Assembly: GCA_950097015.1 (NCBI GenBank)
Contig: CATNEN010000030.1
Location: 4,030,001 to 4,094,000 of the forward strand
DNA: 64,000 nt
Direction: 5' to 3'
Source of the DNA: Macrostomum hystrix
Taxonomy: Eukaryota > Animalia > Platyhelminthes
Of the stretch, positions 32,641 to 45,255 are shown one piece after another. Under the pieces are notes generated by a model that saw only the letters and a list, made by a program, of their open reading frames with translations, had not been told where the DNA came from and searched no databases. The translations under genes were made by a program, and so were the position numbers. Numbering within the stretch: position 1 is the stretch's first letter; every line of letters begins with the position of its first letter.

Positions 32641-35492
32641 GTTGATTGCTTTCAGCTTGATGTGAATTCAGGGCTGTAATATGTCAGCTAGGATCTGTGA
32701 CTCTAGCATGCTCACCATAGAGCTGTACTCTTTGAAGCAGTGCTTTAGTGCCATGTACACTTGTAGTTTATGTTAGTCTTTGATTAGAAGCATCAATGAC
32801 TAGGTGAATAACAGCTTGTCCTTCTAAAGACCTAGCGGGGAATACAATAACCTTTTTGAAGGCTTTTATCCTACTTTAGGCCAAGTCACGTTCTTCCTTT
32901 TACACATTGTAGATTGGCTTTGGCTAGATGATGAAATGTTCCATCTCGACTGCACAACTAACTAGGCAATGGAGATGCTTTTGAACAACACAAATCTCAA
33001 CATTGCAATAACTTTTGTAATGAAAAATTATCTTGTTGCTTATTTTCAAAATTCATCCAAGATTCTAAGAGCATATTAAAATAATATAATAAATAATGCC
33101 TCAATTTTGCAAGTCTGCATGCATCTCAACAAAAACAATTTCTATAAACAAAGCTAAGCCGGTTGATATAAATGTTCATAGAATCACTAAGTGCAAATTA
33201 CTGTCTACAAATGTATACACAAAACATTTATTAAATTAGATTTTTATGAGATTTCTAAGACAAGTGGGATGTTTGATGTCTTGCCTAGTCAAGTCTAAGC
33301 CAGTAAAAAAATGAAGGTGCAAACATGTAGAGTCCTTGACATTTTTGTTAATAAAAATAGGAGACAAGAGAGGTAGGAGTTGATGGTATACAAACTTAAT
33401 TTATTTTAATGGAGTAATGGAGCAAAAAAGTAATCTAAACATTATAATATTTAGTAATAGTAGGCAAATAGCATAGATATGTCTTTTATGTCCATATACA
33501 AGGCCTAGTAAAAGTGTCAAGTGTCGTTTTTTAATTAAATAGACCTAGGGCCATCATAATAAACATGGCAATTAAGTATCTAAAAATACTTAAACAATAC
33601 ATCAACAAAATTTTGACAAAAATAGCATTGTAAGTCATAGTTGAAGGTGCCAATTAAATGGCAAGTTAGCTCAGCTATATCTCTACAGTGACAATTCAAA
33701 TAGAAACTTTATAGTTTTTATATTGGATATATAGATACTTAGCTAGGTTAAATTTGTTCTATGTTTAGAAAAAAACTTAAAAACTATTTCAAAATCAAGT
33801 CAGTGTCACTTGGACAGTAGTAACTAGTTTGTTAGTACTTATAAAATGAACTTCAGGCAATACAGCCAGTTTTTAGAAAGGTCTAATAATTATTATATTT
33901 GAAGCAGTTAATATTATATATTTACTCCTATATATATAGTAGGGATTTTTATCTATCTTTTTTGAAAGTCAAATTTGTACCTATGCTCTTTCTTTAAATG
34001 CACAAAATACTGTTTATATATAAAATATTATAAATATTCTGTTGAATTCATACACTTCAACAAACCTTTTTTGTGTATATAAATGATTGTAATTTCTGTG
34101 AGACAGATCAACATGCCAGTGTGGTGAAAAGCAAATAAACTATAATTGAGTAAGAAGTTAAAAGTGTTCAAGTGTTGAGTTGGTTATTTGAGGCTGTAAC
34201 CCTCTGATCCACAGAAAATGCCCAGCAAAGACGGGAGAGTAAGCAACCAGTGCTTTAGAATGATAAACCACTTGTGCTGTTACCTATCATATCACTTGTA
34301 GTGATGTTACCAAGAGAAAGAGTGTTAAGCCCTGTTACAGATATATATATAAATAAATAAATAAAAATATATATATATATATAATATAAAAGGAAATACT
34401 TCAGGTAAAGAACCCATTACCTAGATTCTTTATCTATATAATTAATAAGTAGGACCAAGGAGACAGGAGCTAAGGTTAGGCCTAAAGAGTGCTATTAACT
34501 AGGAATATATCAAATTTGTATCTTATAGAAATCACAAAACAAGAGTTTCAAGTATATGGGTTGGTTTGAAGAGTGTAGAATAGGAGCCTAGCAGGGTCCA
34601 GATATGTTGTAAATGGCCAACCCTAAATGCTAAGGAGAGTGAAACACTGTGGACTATATTAGACTCCTAAAAGTATACTCCTTAAAGAGCGATTTCATGG
34701 TTTTAGAGAATCTAGATAGAGTAGGGCCTTGGTCTACCATGTAGAGTATAAGTAATGAATCTGAATACTTGTGTGCACACTCACAAAAATATATAAAATT
34801 TGAGAATATAAGTTGACAAAAAGATAGGCCCTAACATTAGTAAATAACATAGCTACACTACACACAAAGATGTTCCTTTTCATTTCATTTTCAATAACAA
34901 TCACAAAAAGTAGCAAGATCAAAATTTGGTTAAGAGTTGATAGCGGAATGCTCCTGCTAGCATGAAGATTGGCTTCAACCAATTGGCAAATTGGCCAAAA
35001 CTGGCAATACAATAGGTCTAGCTATGTACAAAGTTCAATTACTTTCTATACTTTCTATAGAACTTGAAGCCTGCATTCTTGATTTGATTTGCTTGGTCAC
35101 GACTCGCCTGCAGTTAGGCCTAAGGGATTAGTGATTCCAGAGAGCCGAGCTGAACAATAAACAATGCAGCAAGAGCAGCAACAGCTTCAGTCACAAAATT
35201 ACGACAGAAGCAGCAGCAACAAAGAAAATCTATAGTTCATCTGCACAAAATATATTAGTAAATGATTTAACACTAACAGTAGTTGCAGTCTAACGGTTGC
35301 ATTCGGTTCGGGCATTAAAGCGACAACGACCAGAGCAGGAATGCGGAATGGGACGAAGAGGTTCGTGAATTAAAACTGAGGAAACTGGAAACTGCGGATG
35401 GAGCTTCGAGAATCTGAACTGCGCAGTGCGCTGCCTAAAACTCGAATTGGAGACCCCAAATCTGCGGCGCGAATTCAATGTGCCAATAGTTT

Positions 35493-35614
35493 TAATTAAA
35501 CTAAAGTCCTCCTTGTTCACACGAAAACAGACGATGAAATCATCAGTCGATGATACTGAGAAGTTGGCTGCTAGTCTGTTTTCGTGTGAACAAGAATGAC
35601 TTTAGTTTTAATTA
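35493..35614. other. Fold-back/hairpin (about 40-bp arms, about 41-nt spacer); possible MITE
   Basis: taattaaactaaagtcctccttgttcacacgaaaacagac pairs with gtctgttttcgtgtgaacaagaatgactttagttttaatta, with 2 mismatches and 1 gap. Confidence 0.75.
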
Positions 35615-36029
35615 GGACTCTTTTAAATGAATTTTTAAACTTCTATTAAAAAATTGCGAAATTATAGCTTACTTTTTGATTTATTAATATCTTATTAATT
35701 GCCATTGCAAAAAGGTAGCCAATTCAAGAATTATCTCCGCGCAATTGTTTTTTCATACTTTTGTAACTAGTATATAATAAATTGCATTGACAATAATACG
35801 TAAAAATATTGACTACTTTATCAACCGAGCCTATCGAATCGTTAGCTGAAAGACGCAGGGAAATTTGCTGAAATGAAAGAATGAACTGAACGAAGTTTCA
35901 AATAAGCTACAATGTTTTTAGAAAAGATTTAAAAAATGTGCTAATATAAGTAAAATTCGCTCATTCTTAGGACGCTCGCTCCGATAAATCACTCACCTAA
36001 AGAACAACTCCTCCCTAGCTAGCTCTTAG

Positions 36030-36861
36030 GGTTTACTCCCGATTCGCCGAATCCCGATTCGCCGAAATTCCCGATTCGCCGAATTCCCTATTTGCCGAAA
36101 ATATTGCTAAGAACATTTTTTGCTGAGCTACCGTACCTCATTACAACAACAACAAATAACAATAAATTACAGCTACCCCGGCAGGTGCCGAAGGTGGGTA
36201 ACTGTCAAAATGCGCGCGCAAGCGCAGCGTTTCGCAGAATTGTCACTCCACGGGGGTCGGAGATGCCAGCGTCCGACAGAAGCAGGTCGACGTAGCGCAC
36301 TGTCCTCGCCTGGCCACGCCGCCGCGGTCCCTGCAGGGAAAGCAACAGTACATCCTGCAGGGGCTCTGGGCAGCGCTGCTCTTACTTTATCTTACGTACC
36401 TCTCATTACACTTTTACTTTCGGCTCTACAAGGATGTCCAGCAAGTTTTGCTTTTTCCGAAGTACCTGTGATGTTCTTCTTTGCTCACTTAATCTACGTT
36501 CCAGAAAGTTAATAAAGTTAAGAAGCAAGTTTACAAGTTAATGAATGAAGAAAGAGCATTTCATTTAAGTTAGTTTTTTAAATTAATTTCAATACAATAG
36601 AAATAATATAGAGTTCCAATATTTGACCAACACTCAAAGAGGGCAATGGTCATGTTGTTTAATTTTTATTTATGATTAAGTAAGATGTATTGAATCAGGA
36701 TTCGAGTCAGGAATTTTGGCGAATCGGGATTCGGCGAATCGGGATTCGGCGAATCAGGAATTCGGCGAATCAGGAATTCGGCGAATCGGGAATTTCGGCG
36801 AATCGGGAATTCGGCGAATCGGGAATCGGCGAATCGGGATTCGGCGAATCGGGAGTAAACC
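36030..36861. mobile_element. 832-bp non-autonomous MULE/Foldback-like element
   Basis: 36-bp perfect TIR GGTTTACTCCCGATTCGCCGAATCCCGATTCGCCGA; 9-bp TSD AGCTCTTAG (36021-36029 and 36862-36870); the TIRs are modular, built of about 16-bp tandem units. Confidence 0.9.
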
Positions 36862-38403
36862 AGCTCTTAGATGTCACTCCTTATTCTATAGTTCGGCACG
36901 GACCTTAATGAGCTCTCTTAAATTCACTTAGGAGTCGCATGCACTCCTGAAAGAGCCTCCTAGCTATTTAAGTCTACTATTGATTCTAAAGCACAGAAAC
37001 GCTGTCTAGGAGCTAGGAGTTAGGACACTCTTAAGGATTTAGGAGTCAAGAGTATTCTATAGCACGGGGACCTGCAGAGAATGAACTTCATCGTTTTCAA
37101 AATTAAAGTTAACCACCCACCCCAAGCTATCCAATAGAATACCATCAGTCATTCCCCCAACCAACTCCCAATCAATGGTGGCATTGGTTTGTCGTAGTCT
37201 CAGTCCTTCACTCTGCAGCTGCAGTGGACGCCAGAAGATCCTCGATCGTTACCGTAAACAACTATGTAAAATTTACGCGAAAGCTCTCCTGAAATGTAAT
37301 ATTGATTTTAGTTAAATTGTATACTAATATACCGGAATTAGGTATTCGTCCTCTACCAGACGACCTGATCATTATAATTTTATATCAGCATAACTGATCA
37401 ACAGCATCTCATAAACTAATTTTATTCAAACAACATTTTATAATTTTTCTTTGTTCTTACATAACTGCCGATCTAAACTGTTAACACTCATTACGTGCAC
37501 TGCAATTCTTGCGAAATGAAAAGTGTTGGAAAACGCGGGAAAAGAGAAAATAATATTAATGAATTAATCACCAATTAAGATTCAACAACTGTTCAAGAAT
37601 CTTCTAACACAGCGCTAATTGTATTTACAGAATTATATTCTGATTGCAAAGTCCTGGCAGATTTTTAGCAAACAGGGTCTGTCTGGCCCTCAGCTGTCGG
37701 AAGAAGTGGTTGAGCCTGCATGCACTCCAACGAACTTGGAGAATGAGCTGAAGAGATGAGAGATTCTCTCCGGATTCCAGAAAGCTTGGAGTATTGGACC
37801 GGAGAAGCGGTCGCTAGCTAGTGAGAGCCTTGAGAACGCGGGCGGTGGGGCGGGAGCTCTCAAGCCTGCGCAATATTTATGACACTTGGCTGCTTTCGTT
37901 CCAGGCTTACGTCATACGAGTATATGCAGTATATATAAAATAAATACGTTTATAAATATAGTATAGCATTCCTACATCCGTGCTTTCCAGCGACTGGAAC
38001 GAACCATATGATTTCACTTTGAACAATTCGGGGTAGGGAATTTTTGTCTATGGCATACAACAGCCAATAGAATGGAACGAGGTAACCGGATTCTGAAATG
38101 CGAAAGCGAGCAAAAGAAAGATAACTGAGCCAAATTAGCACTCATTCTTTTCTTTCCACCAGCTCCTGGCTCAGCTCCTTCTATCGGCAGCTTTGTTGGG
38201 CCAGAGACAGGATATACGAATTGCAGCGAGATACACAAAGTTGAAATTGGCTTCTTCTTTTCAGCATAGTTTGTTTATGGCCAAAACTATTTGGTTGGCT
38301 ACTTGCTAGCCATTTTTTCCCGACAGTATACTTTCTGAGCAGTTACGAGTCAGAAGCAAACTTACATTTTACTTTTCCACTGAGTCCAGTGTTGAAGCCA
38401 TTA

Positions 38404-40458
38404 ATGGGCAGCACGATATCTCATTTCTACTTCCTCCGCTCCGTCCTGCACTGCATTGGTCACGTCCGCCGGGTGCTGTCGCTTCGCCCCACCCTGCCTG
38501 AGGAGGTCGTGTCCGAGCTAGTCTACCAGACCCACCTGGATCGTGACAGAATTCACGACATGTTCCGAGTTTTCATCTCCCTAGCTGGCTCAGACGGCCG
38601 GGTGAATCCGAAAATTCTTTCCGACCTTCTGCCCGGCTGGTCAACAAATCCGCTCAAACACTACCTGCGACAGGCCATCTTCAACGACTCGAAGTCGGTC
38701 ACCTTTCCCGAGCTGGTGAAGCGGGTGGCCCTGTTCTGCCCGGAGAGCAAGTTTAGCCCGGTGATGAATGAAGTCAGTGAGGACGGTGAGGCTATACAAG
38801 TGGAGAACTCCGCCAGCAAGAAGGAGAAGTACGGACGCTAATCTTTAAGTACTCATGGAAGCTAATAAAAAAGTTGATAAATTTTTGGCTATGCACATGC
38901 CTCACACATGTGTATAGCCATGGGTATGCCCCATTTGAGCCAGATTTGCAGCTGAAAGGGTGGTGTTTAACGTTCAAGACATTAAAACTTCGCGGAAAAA
39001 AAAGAAATTGCTTGGCTTAACGCTTTGCTTTCAGCGAAGTGAGTTTTCGGGAAATTAAAAACACTTCACCAAAAAGCACAGCCGCAGCTATTGCGCTGCG
39101 CATTTGTAGCCTGCGTGCAGCTTTTCATTTCATAGTCTTTCATAGACTTCATCTGAATTTCGTAGGCTCGGGGTTCCCACAATGCTGCTACCGATTATTC
39201 AGATAGTTGAACAGAAGCAATTTAGACTTAAACAGAAATGTGTCTTGTTAAAGGACACAAGTTATTCTAGTGGAGTGGGGATTCGAATCCCAACTTTTAA
39301 GTCGTGAGTCTGACACTGCAAACTTGTACTAAGAAAGTTACAACCCCAAGGCTTCCATCTTCTGGTTGATAGTTCTAGTTCCATCTTCTGGTCGATGGTT
39401 CTAGTTCCATCTTCTGGTCGATGGTTCTAGTTCCATCTTCTGGTCGATGGTTCTAGTTCCATCTTCTGGTCGATGGTTCTAGTTCCATCGTCTGGTCGAT
39501 GGTTCTAGTTCCATCGTCTGGTCGATGGTTCTAGTTCCATCTTCTGGTCGATGGTTCTAGTTCCATCGTCTGGTCGATGGTTCTAGTTCCATCGTCTGGT
39601 CGATGGTTCTAGTTCCATCTTCTGGTCGATGGTTCTAGTTCCATCTTCTGGTCGATGGTTCTAGTTCCATCTTCTGGTCGATGGTTCTAGTTCCATCGTC
39701 TGGTCGATGGTTCTAGTTCCATCGTCTGGTCGATGGTTCTAGTTCCATCTTCTGGTTCATGGTTCTTATAGTTCCATCTTCTGGTCGATGGTTCTAGTAT
39801 CATCTTCTGGCCGATGGTTCTGGTACCGTTTTCTTTTTGATGGTTCTAGTCCCATTTTTTGGTTTATTGTTCTGGTACCATTTTCTGGATGAAGGTTCTT
39901 TTACCATCTTCTGGTTGATGGTTCAGGTACCATTTTCTGGTTGATGGTTCAGGTACCATTTTCTGGTTGATGGTTCAGGTACCATTTTCTGGTTGATGGT
40001 TCTAGTTCCAGCTTCCGGTGGCATCTGCTGTATATGCTGTATCTGTTTAGCATACAATTAGTACGAGCTATTCTAGGCAATACAAAATTGATCACGTTTG
40101 CCTCAATTGCAGATATCAGCGGAAGCGTCTTCTGATGTTGTTTAATTTAATTAAGCAAGAAAATACTCAGCACATCTCGAGCAAAGAGCTGAGCAAATTG
40201 ATTCGCTGCCTGCTCAAGACCACGATTCCGGGAGACACGCCCATGATCATTCCGTGGAAGGTGATTGAAGAGATTGCCAGCGTGGTGATTATTAGTGTGC
40301 ACGAAAGAAACGAAGCGCATTGCTGGGCAGTCTGCAGGGCCAAGAATCGAGCCTCGAGATCTGGCCACTCCGACGAGGAAGCTGTCCGGGGCTCGCACCG
40401 GCTCGTCATAACCAAGGAAATGTTTCTCAGCGAGCTCAGCAGACAGTTTATCGCCTGA
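38404..40458 (+). CDS. Divergent calcineurin B homologous protein (CHP)-like EF-hand-fold protein, about 256 aa. Exons 38404-38828 and 40113-40458
   Basis: MGSTIS myristoylation motif. ELVYQTHLDRDRIHDMFRVFISL, TNPL...IFN..VTFPELVKRVALFCP and KRLLMLFNL...ISSKEL parallel CHP1 as recalled. The phase-2 GT/AG intron is consistent. Confidence 0.75.
39165..39335 (-). mobile_element. tRNA-derived SINE, degenerate copy
   Basis: gtgtcttgttaaaggacac and ggggattcgaatccc...aagtcgtgagt, shared with the copy at 60378. Confidence 0.6.
39352..40020. repeat. 26-bp minisatellite (gatggttctagttccatcttctggtc), in the CHP-like intron
   Basis: Tandem copies that degenerate towards the 3' end. Confidence 0.95.
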
Positions 40459-40724
40459 TAGCTTACATTAATTAGACGTTTTTACTGAATCAGTTAGAGC
40501 TGCCTGATTTCGAAGTTTAGCTGAACGATTGATCAGTATTTATTATTTCAGATTAATGAAAAATTGCCGAAATAATTAAATAACAAAAGCTGATGAGAGT
40601 GACTGAAAACGGCCATTTAATTAGGGCCCCACAAGTCGGATAGCCAGGCAAATCTGAAAAAGCCTAAGAAGCCTATTGACTGGCCTCGCGCACAGCAGTG
40701 TTAAGCGTCTTATTTTTCCTCAGC

Positions 40725-41320
40725 TGATGGTTCTAGTTCCATCTTCTGGTCGATGGTTCTAGTTCCATCTTCTGGTCGATGGTTCTAGTCCCATCTTCTG
40801 GTCGATGGTTCTAGTCCCATCTTCTGGTCGATGGTTCTAGTCCCATCTTCTGGTCGATGGTTCTAGTTCCATCTTCTGGTCGATGGTTCTAGTCCCATCT
40901 TCTGGTCGATGGTTCTAGTTCCATCTTCTGGTCGATGGTTCTAGTTCCATCTTCTGGTCGATGGTTCTAGTTCCATCTTCTGGTCGATGGTTCTAGTTCC
41001 ATCTTCTGGTCGATGGGTCTAGTTCCATCTTCTGGTCGATGGTTCTAGTCCCATCTTCTGGTCGATGTTTCTAGTTCCATCTTCTGGTCGATGGGTCTAG
41101 TTCCATCTTCTGGTCGATGGGTCTAGTTCCATCTTCTGGTCGATGGTTCTAGTCCCATCTTCTGGTCGATGGTTCTAGTTCCATCTTCTGGTCGATGGTT
41201 CTAGTTCCATCTTCTGGTCGATGGTTCTATAGTTTCATCTTCTGGTCGATGGTTCTAGTTCCATCTTCTGGTCGATGGTTCTAGTTCCATCTTCTGGTCG
41301 ATGGTTCTAGTTCCATCGAC
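40725..41320. repeat. Second array of the same 26-bp unit, same orientation
   Basis: Identical unit to 39352-40020. Confidence 0.95.
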
Positions 41321-41923
41321 CGTTTTCTATAAACTTTTGCAATAAACATTTTTTACTAGTTTTGCTACCCATATGATACGAGTATAACTCTTGATGGTTG
41401 TACATGTACTAAATATCTAAGAAATAAATTCAAAGTGATCATTCTGTTCAATGTACGAGTATACAGCTAGTCTTATTCTTCAATATTGCCATCATTGACC
41501 CAGCCGCAATGATTTGAGCACTTACCGCGCTTTGGGGGGGCGGGCTTACCCAAAAAACACAAAGACTTTGTAATTCCTGATACTGAAAATTCAGAGCAGA
41601 TCATAAACACCCCTGTACACTAAACATACAGGCGAAAACTTATATTGCACAAGGAAAGCTTCACTAAAAGAAAGAAAAAGGCAAATTTATGCAAAACTGT
41701 AGTTTGTGAATCTGCAAATTAGAGTTCTACGAGTAGTTGTCCCTGGCAGACTACTTAGAAAGCTCACATTTTTTTCGAATCCGACTCCGATTATTGTAGT
41801 CGCTGTTGACTTAAATGCAGTGACGATATTTAAGACTTTCAATTCAGTTCCTTAACTTCCGCTGATTCCTCAGCATGTCCTAATTTGTTTTTTTCACGTC
41901 CGAGAAATTTTTATTATCAGTCA

Positions 41924-42176
41924 CCCGAGTGCCTTCCCAGACAACCGAGTGCCTTCCCAGACAACCGAGTGCCTTCCCTGACAACCGAGTGCCTTCCCAG
42001 ACAACCGAGTGCCTTCCCAGACAACCGAGTGCCTTCCCTGACAACCGAGTGCCTTCCCTGACAACCGAGTGCCTTCCCAGACAACCGAGTGCCTTCCCTG
42101 ACAACCGAGTGCCTTCCCTGACAACCGAGTGCCTTCCCTGACAACCGAGTGCCTTCCCAGACAACCGAGTGCCTTT
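41924..42176. repeat. 20-bp minisatellite (acaaccgagtgccttccc[a/t]g)
   Basis: About 12 tandem copies. Confidence 0.95.
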
Positions 42177-43286
42177 CCTTATACCCGAGTTCCATTCTAG
42201 ACTTTTTAGTAATATCTCTTAAGTGCTCAATTAAGTCAAGTCCTTGAGTAGCATTTGAGTAGTCTACGACTTGAAAGTTATAAAGGAATCGAGAATAGGC
42301 GCGAATGGGTGGTACATGTATACGCTCGTATCTTGCAGATTTTCATATTATATTGGCAGATTTTCACAATATCGCTCATATAATGAACTGTACGGTAAAT
42401 AGATGGTAGAGGCGGGCGGGTATGCAGCTGTACAGGGTTGACTTCAGCACTCGGCATGTACATTGTAGAATGGCTTGTCTCACAAGTACTGGCAATATAA
42501 TCTGCACAAGCACAATTCTACAGGGTACATGCGCGAACCAATGATGGATCAATCTGTGTTTGAAAGACTGATGTGTGCTGATGATGGGGTGCCAAACTGG
42601 ATGGGCAATCTTTGTACTAGCTAGCACTTACCATGTCAAACAATATCCGAACTCTCCAAAATAATGAAGTTTCCTTCAAAACAGCCCCGTCTCTCTCTGT
42701 CTGTCTGTGTGCAGTATAAAACAGTAAATTGACGGATCGAGTCAATTGCATGGCTTATATACACAGGAATGTTACTGAAGCGAAGGCACATTCTGCGCAG
42801 CTCAAGGCTACCAACAAAGAACGAAGAGCAATTTGCGCTACACTCAAAACTGGACGAACATTTTTATAGATAGTTGGCGATGAAAAAAACTGCTCTGAGC
42901 TATAATAGGAGGCTTGGCCGCGCAAATGTTAACTTTTCCACGCCTGGCTGCGTGCCCAGGCGAGCAAATTAGGAAATTAATTTTAATGGCTAAATTTAAA
43001 ATCCGCGCGCGCAAATTTGAAACTGAAAAAAAATCTATCCACTTAGCACAGTTAAATGCAGTTTATGTATTTAAAACTCACCCACTAAAGAATAATAATA
43101 GGAAAATTAGTGCAAGGTTAGAAGCTCTATCATTTAAGTTCCCTTTCTTTCTTCAGTTTACTTTTAATACTGGCGCAATTCAAATCCAAATTTTGAATCT
43201 TGTCCGACATTTTCCACGATTTTGTTTCTGACAGCAAAAATATGAGACTTTTCATCTCAATAAACTAACCATTATAACCATGTAAC

Positions 43287-43382
43287 CTGCAAATCTCATG
43301 AGCACTACCTGTAAATCTCACGAGCACTACCTGCAAATCTCATGAGCACTACCTGCAAATCTCATGAGCACTGCAAATCTAA
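43287..43382. repeat. 22-bp short tandem repeat (ctgcaaatctcatgagcactac), about 4 copies
   Basis: Tandem copies are visible. Confidence 0.8.
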
Positions 43383-45255
43383 CGAGAACAGCATGGGCCT
43401 GACATGCTACACGAGATACAAAACATTAGTGCTCGATCTGAGCAGTGGGTTCAGTTTTAAAAGTATTGTGCGATCCGTCGCCATTGTTTCTCCATGACCA
43501 GCTAAATTGGACGGACCCAAAGTATCCATATATTTCGCCGCTACCAAAAGGCTTTCTTTTTTAATCAGTATGGCAATTATTTACAGCCAATGTGACCCCT
43601 TAAGTTCTTAGCTGAACAAAATGCAGCTGAAAACTTGTGCAGCTGTATTTAATCATTTCACTGTACAAAATAACTCGAAAATCGGGAGTTCGATAAAAAA
43701 TCCATACCACAGACCTTTCAATTATATAACCCTTTGAAATCATTCGCTTTATAGAATATTCTTGATCGACGGAAGAATTTAAAATTATTTATTTCGGCGC
43801 GGAACAATTAAAATGCTATTTAATCAAGCTCCTAACTTATAAAGGCAGTTTTAATCCGTTATGTGTAAGCATGACTTCGGAAAAGAATAAACCCAGTGTG
43901 AGAATATCACGAGAAAGACAATAAGAAAAAACATGAGAAAATACGAAATCTAAGAGCCGAATTTCTTTTTGTCTAGGTTTTTTCCAAGACGCGACATTTG
44001 TCAGAAAAGATAAAGGTATCGATTATACCATTCGAAAAATCTATATTCTTTTTCTAAAATATGGTTTAAAATTGCAAATAGCTCTTTCCGAAAGATCAAT
44101 GAGCACAAAGGGCATAATTCAAATCATAATTAAAAAACATTTGCTAGCCTGCTTTTCATACATAGTTATTGTCGAATGCACAAAGCATTTTTTAAATCAA
44201 CCAGAACGAGAGTTTTCCGGATTTTTTTACATTACTTTATCATTGTAAACAAATGAACAAAAGGGAGACAATGTGTAAAGAGTACAAGAGTACAAGTTTA
44301 ATGCCATTCCAATTTAACTTGCTTATTATTTTTCTTAAAACATCGGGGCCTTTGGTTTTAAATCTTATAATTTTTTCCAAAGCATAAGTTTTTGTTTTTA
44401 AGTTAAAAAATTCCTATCATTATATCATTTGAAAAGAGCTAAATACCCAATCGCACGATTTGTTAGCCAACTTCAAGTAAGTATGGCACTTGCCTATAGC
44501 TAAACCTCATTTTATTTTCTAGTGGCACTTTAGTGTCATGGAAAATTTACGTTTTCCTACTTATGCCACAATATTAAAATGAAAAGTACAATAATGAACG
44601 CTATACACGTATTAAATGTCGGGTTTTGGGCAATGAAAAGCTTCTTGATTAGCGATTTGATCTGCACATAAAAATTAATATAAAAAATTGTTGCTTAATG
44701 AATATGCGAGACAGTTTATTTATATCAAAACTGAAAAAATAAACTGCTTATTAGTGTAATTGTTATGCAGCTTTTTCCTTTAACGCCCTGGTTAAAATTA
44801 CACAATATTTTCATATAATTCTGTATGGTATTATAAGTGTATCTAAGAAAATTATCGCAATCGACGCACTTTTCTATAAATGATATTAAAGTGTTCATTT
44901 ATTTTTAAGTTATAATTATTTGTAAGTATGCTCGTTCAAATCCCAGCTTATTAAAAAAATATGTAAGCCACTTAGGTGTTAAAGTCAATACCGTTAGAAA
45001 TTACGTAATTAGAAATTACTTCCCATTTGTGATGTCATGAAACAAAAGGATTTTGCTAAACTATTTTATGACCGAAACCTGCTTTTTCGCTTTGAGGATC
45101 AATACGAATGAATCAGCACTTCGACGTGCCCATAATAATTTCGTGACTCAATCATGTGCTTGTGCTCTTTAGTATTTACTTTTATATTAAAGTATCGAAA
45201 TTCAGTTTTGCAAACATGAACAAACTTCAAATGAAAGGAGCATTGCATGTTGTAG

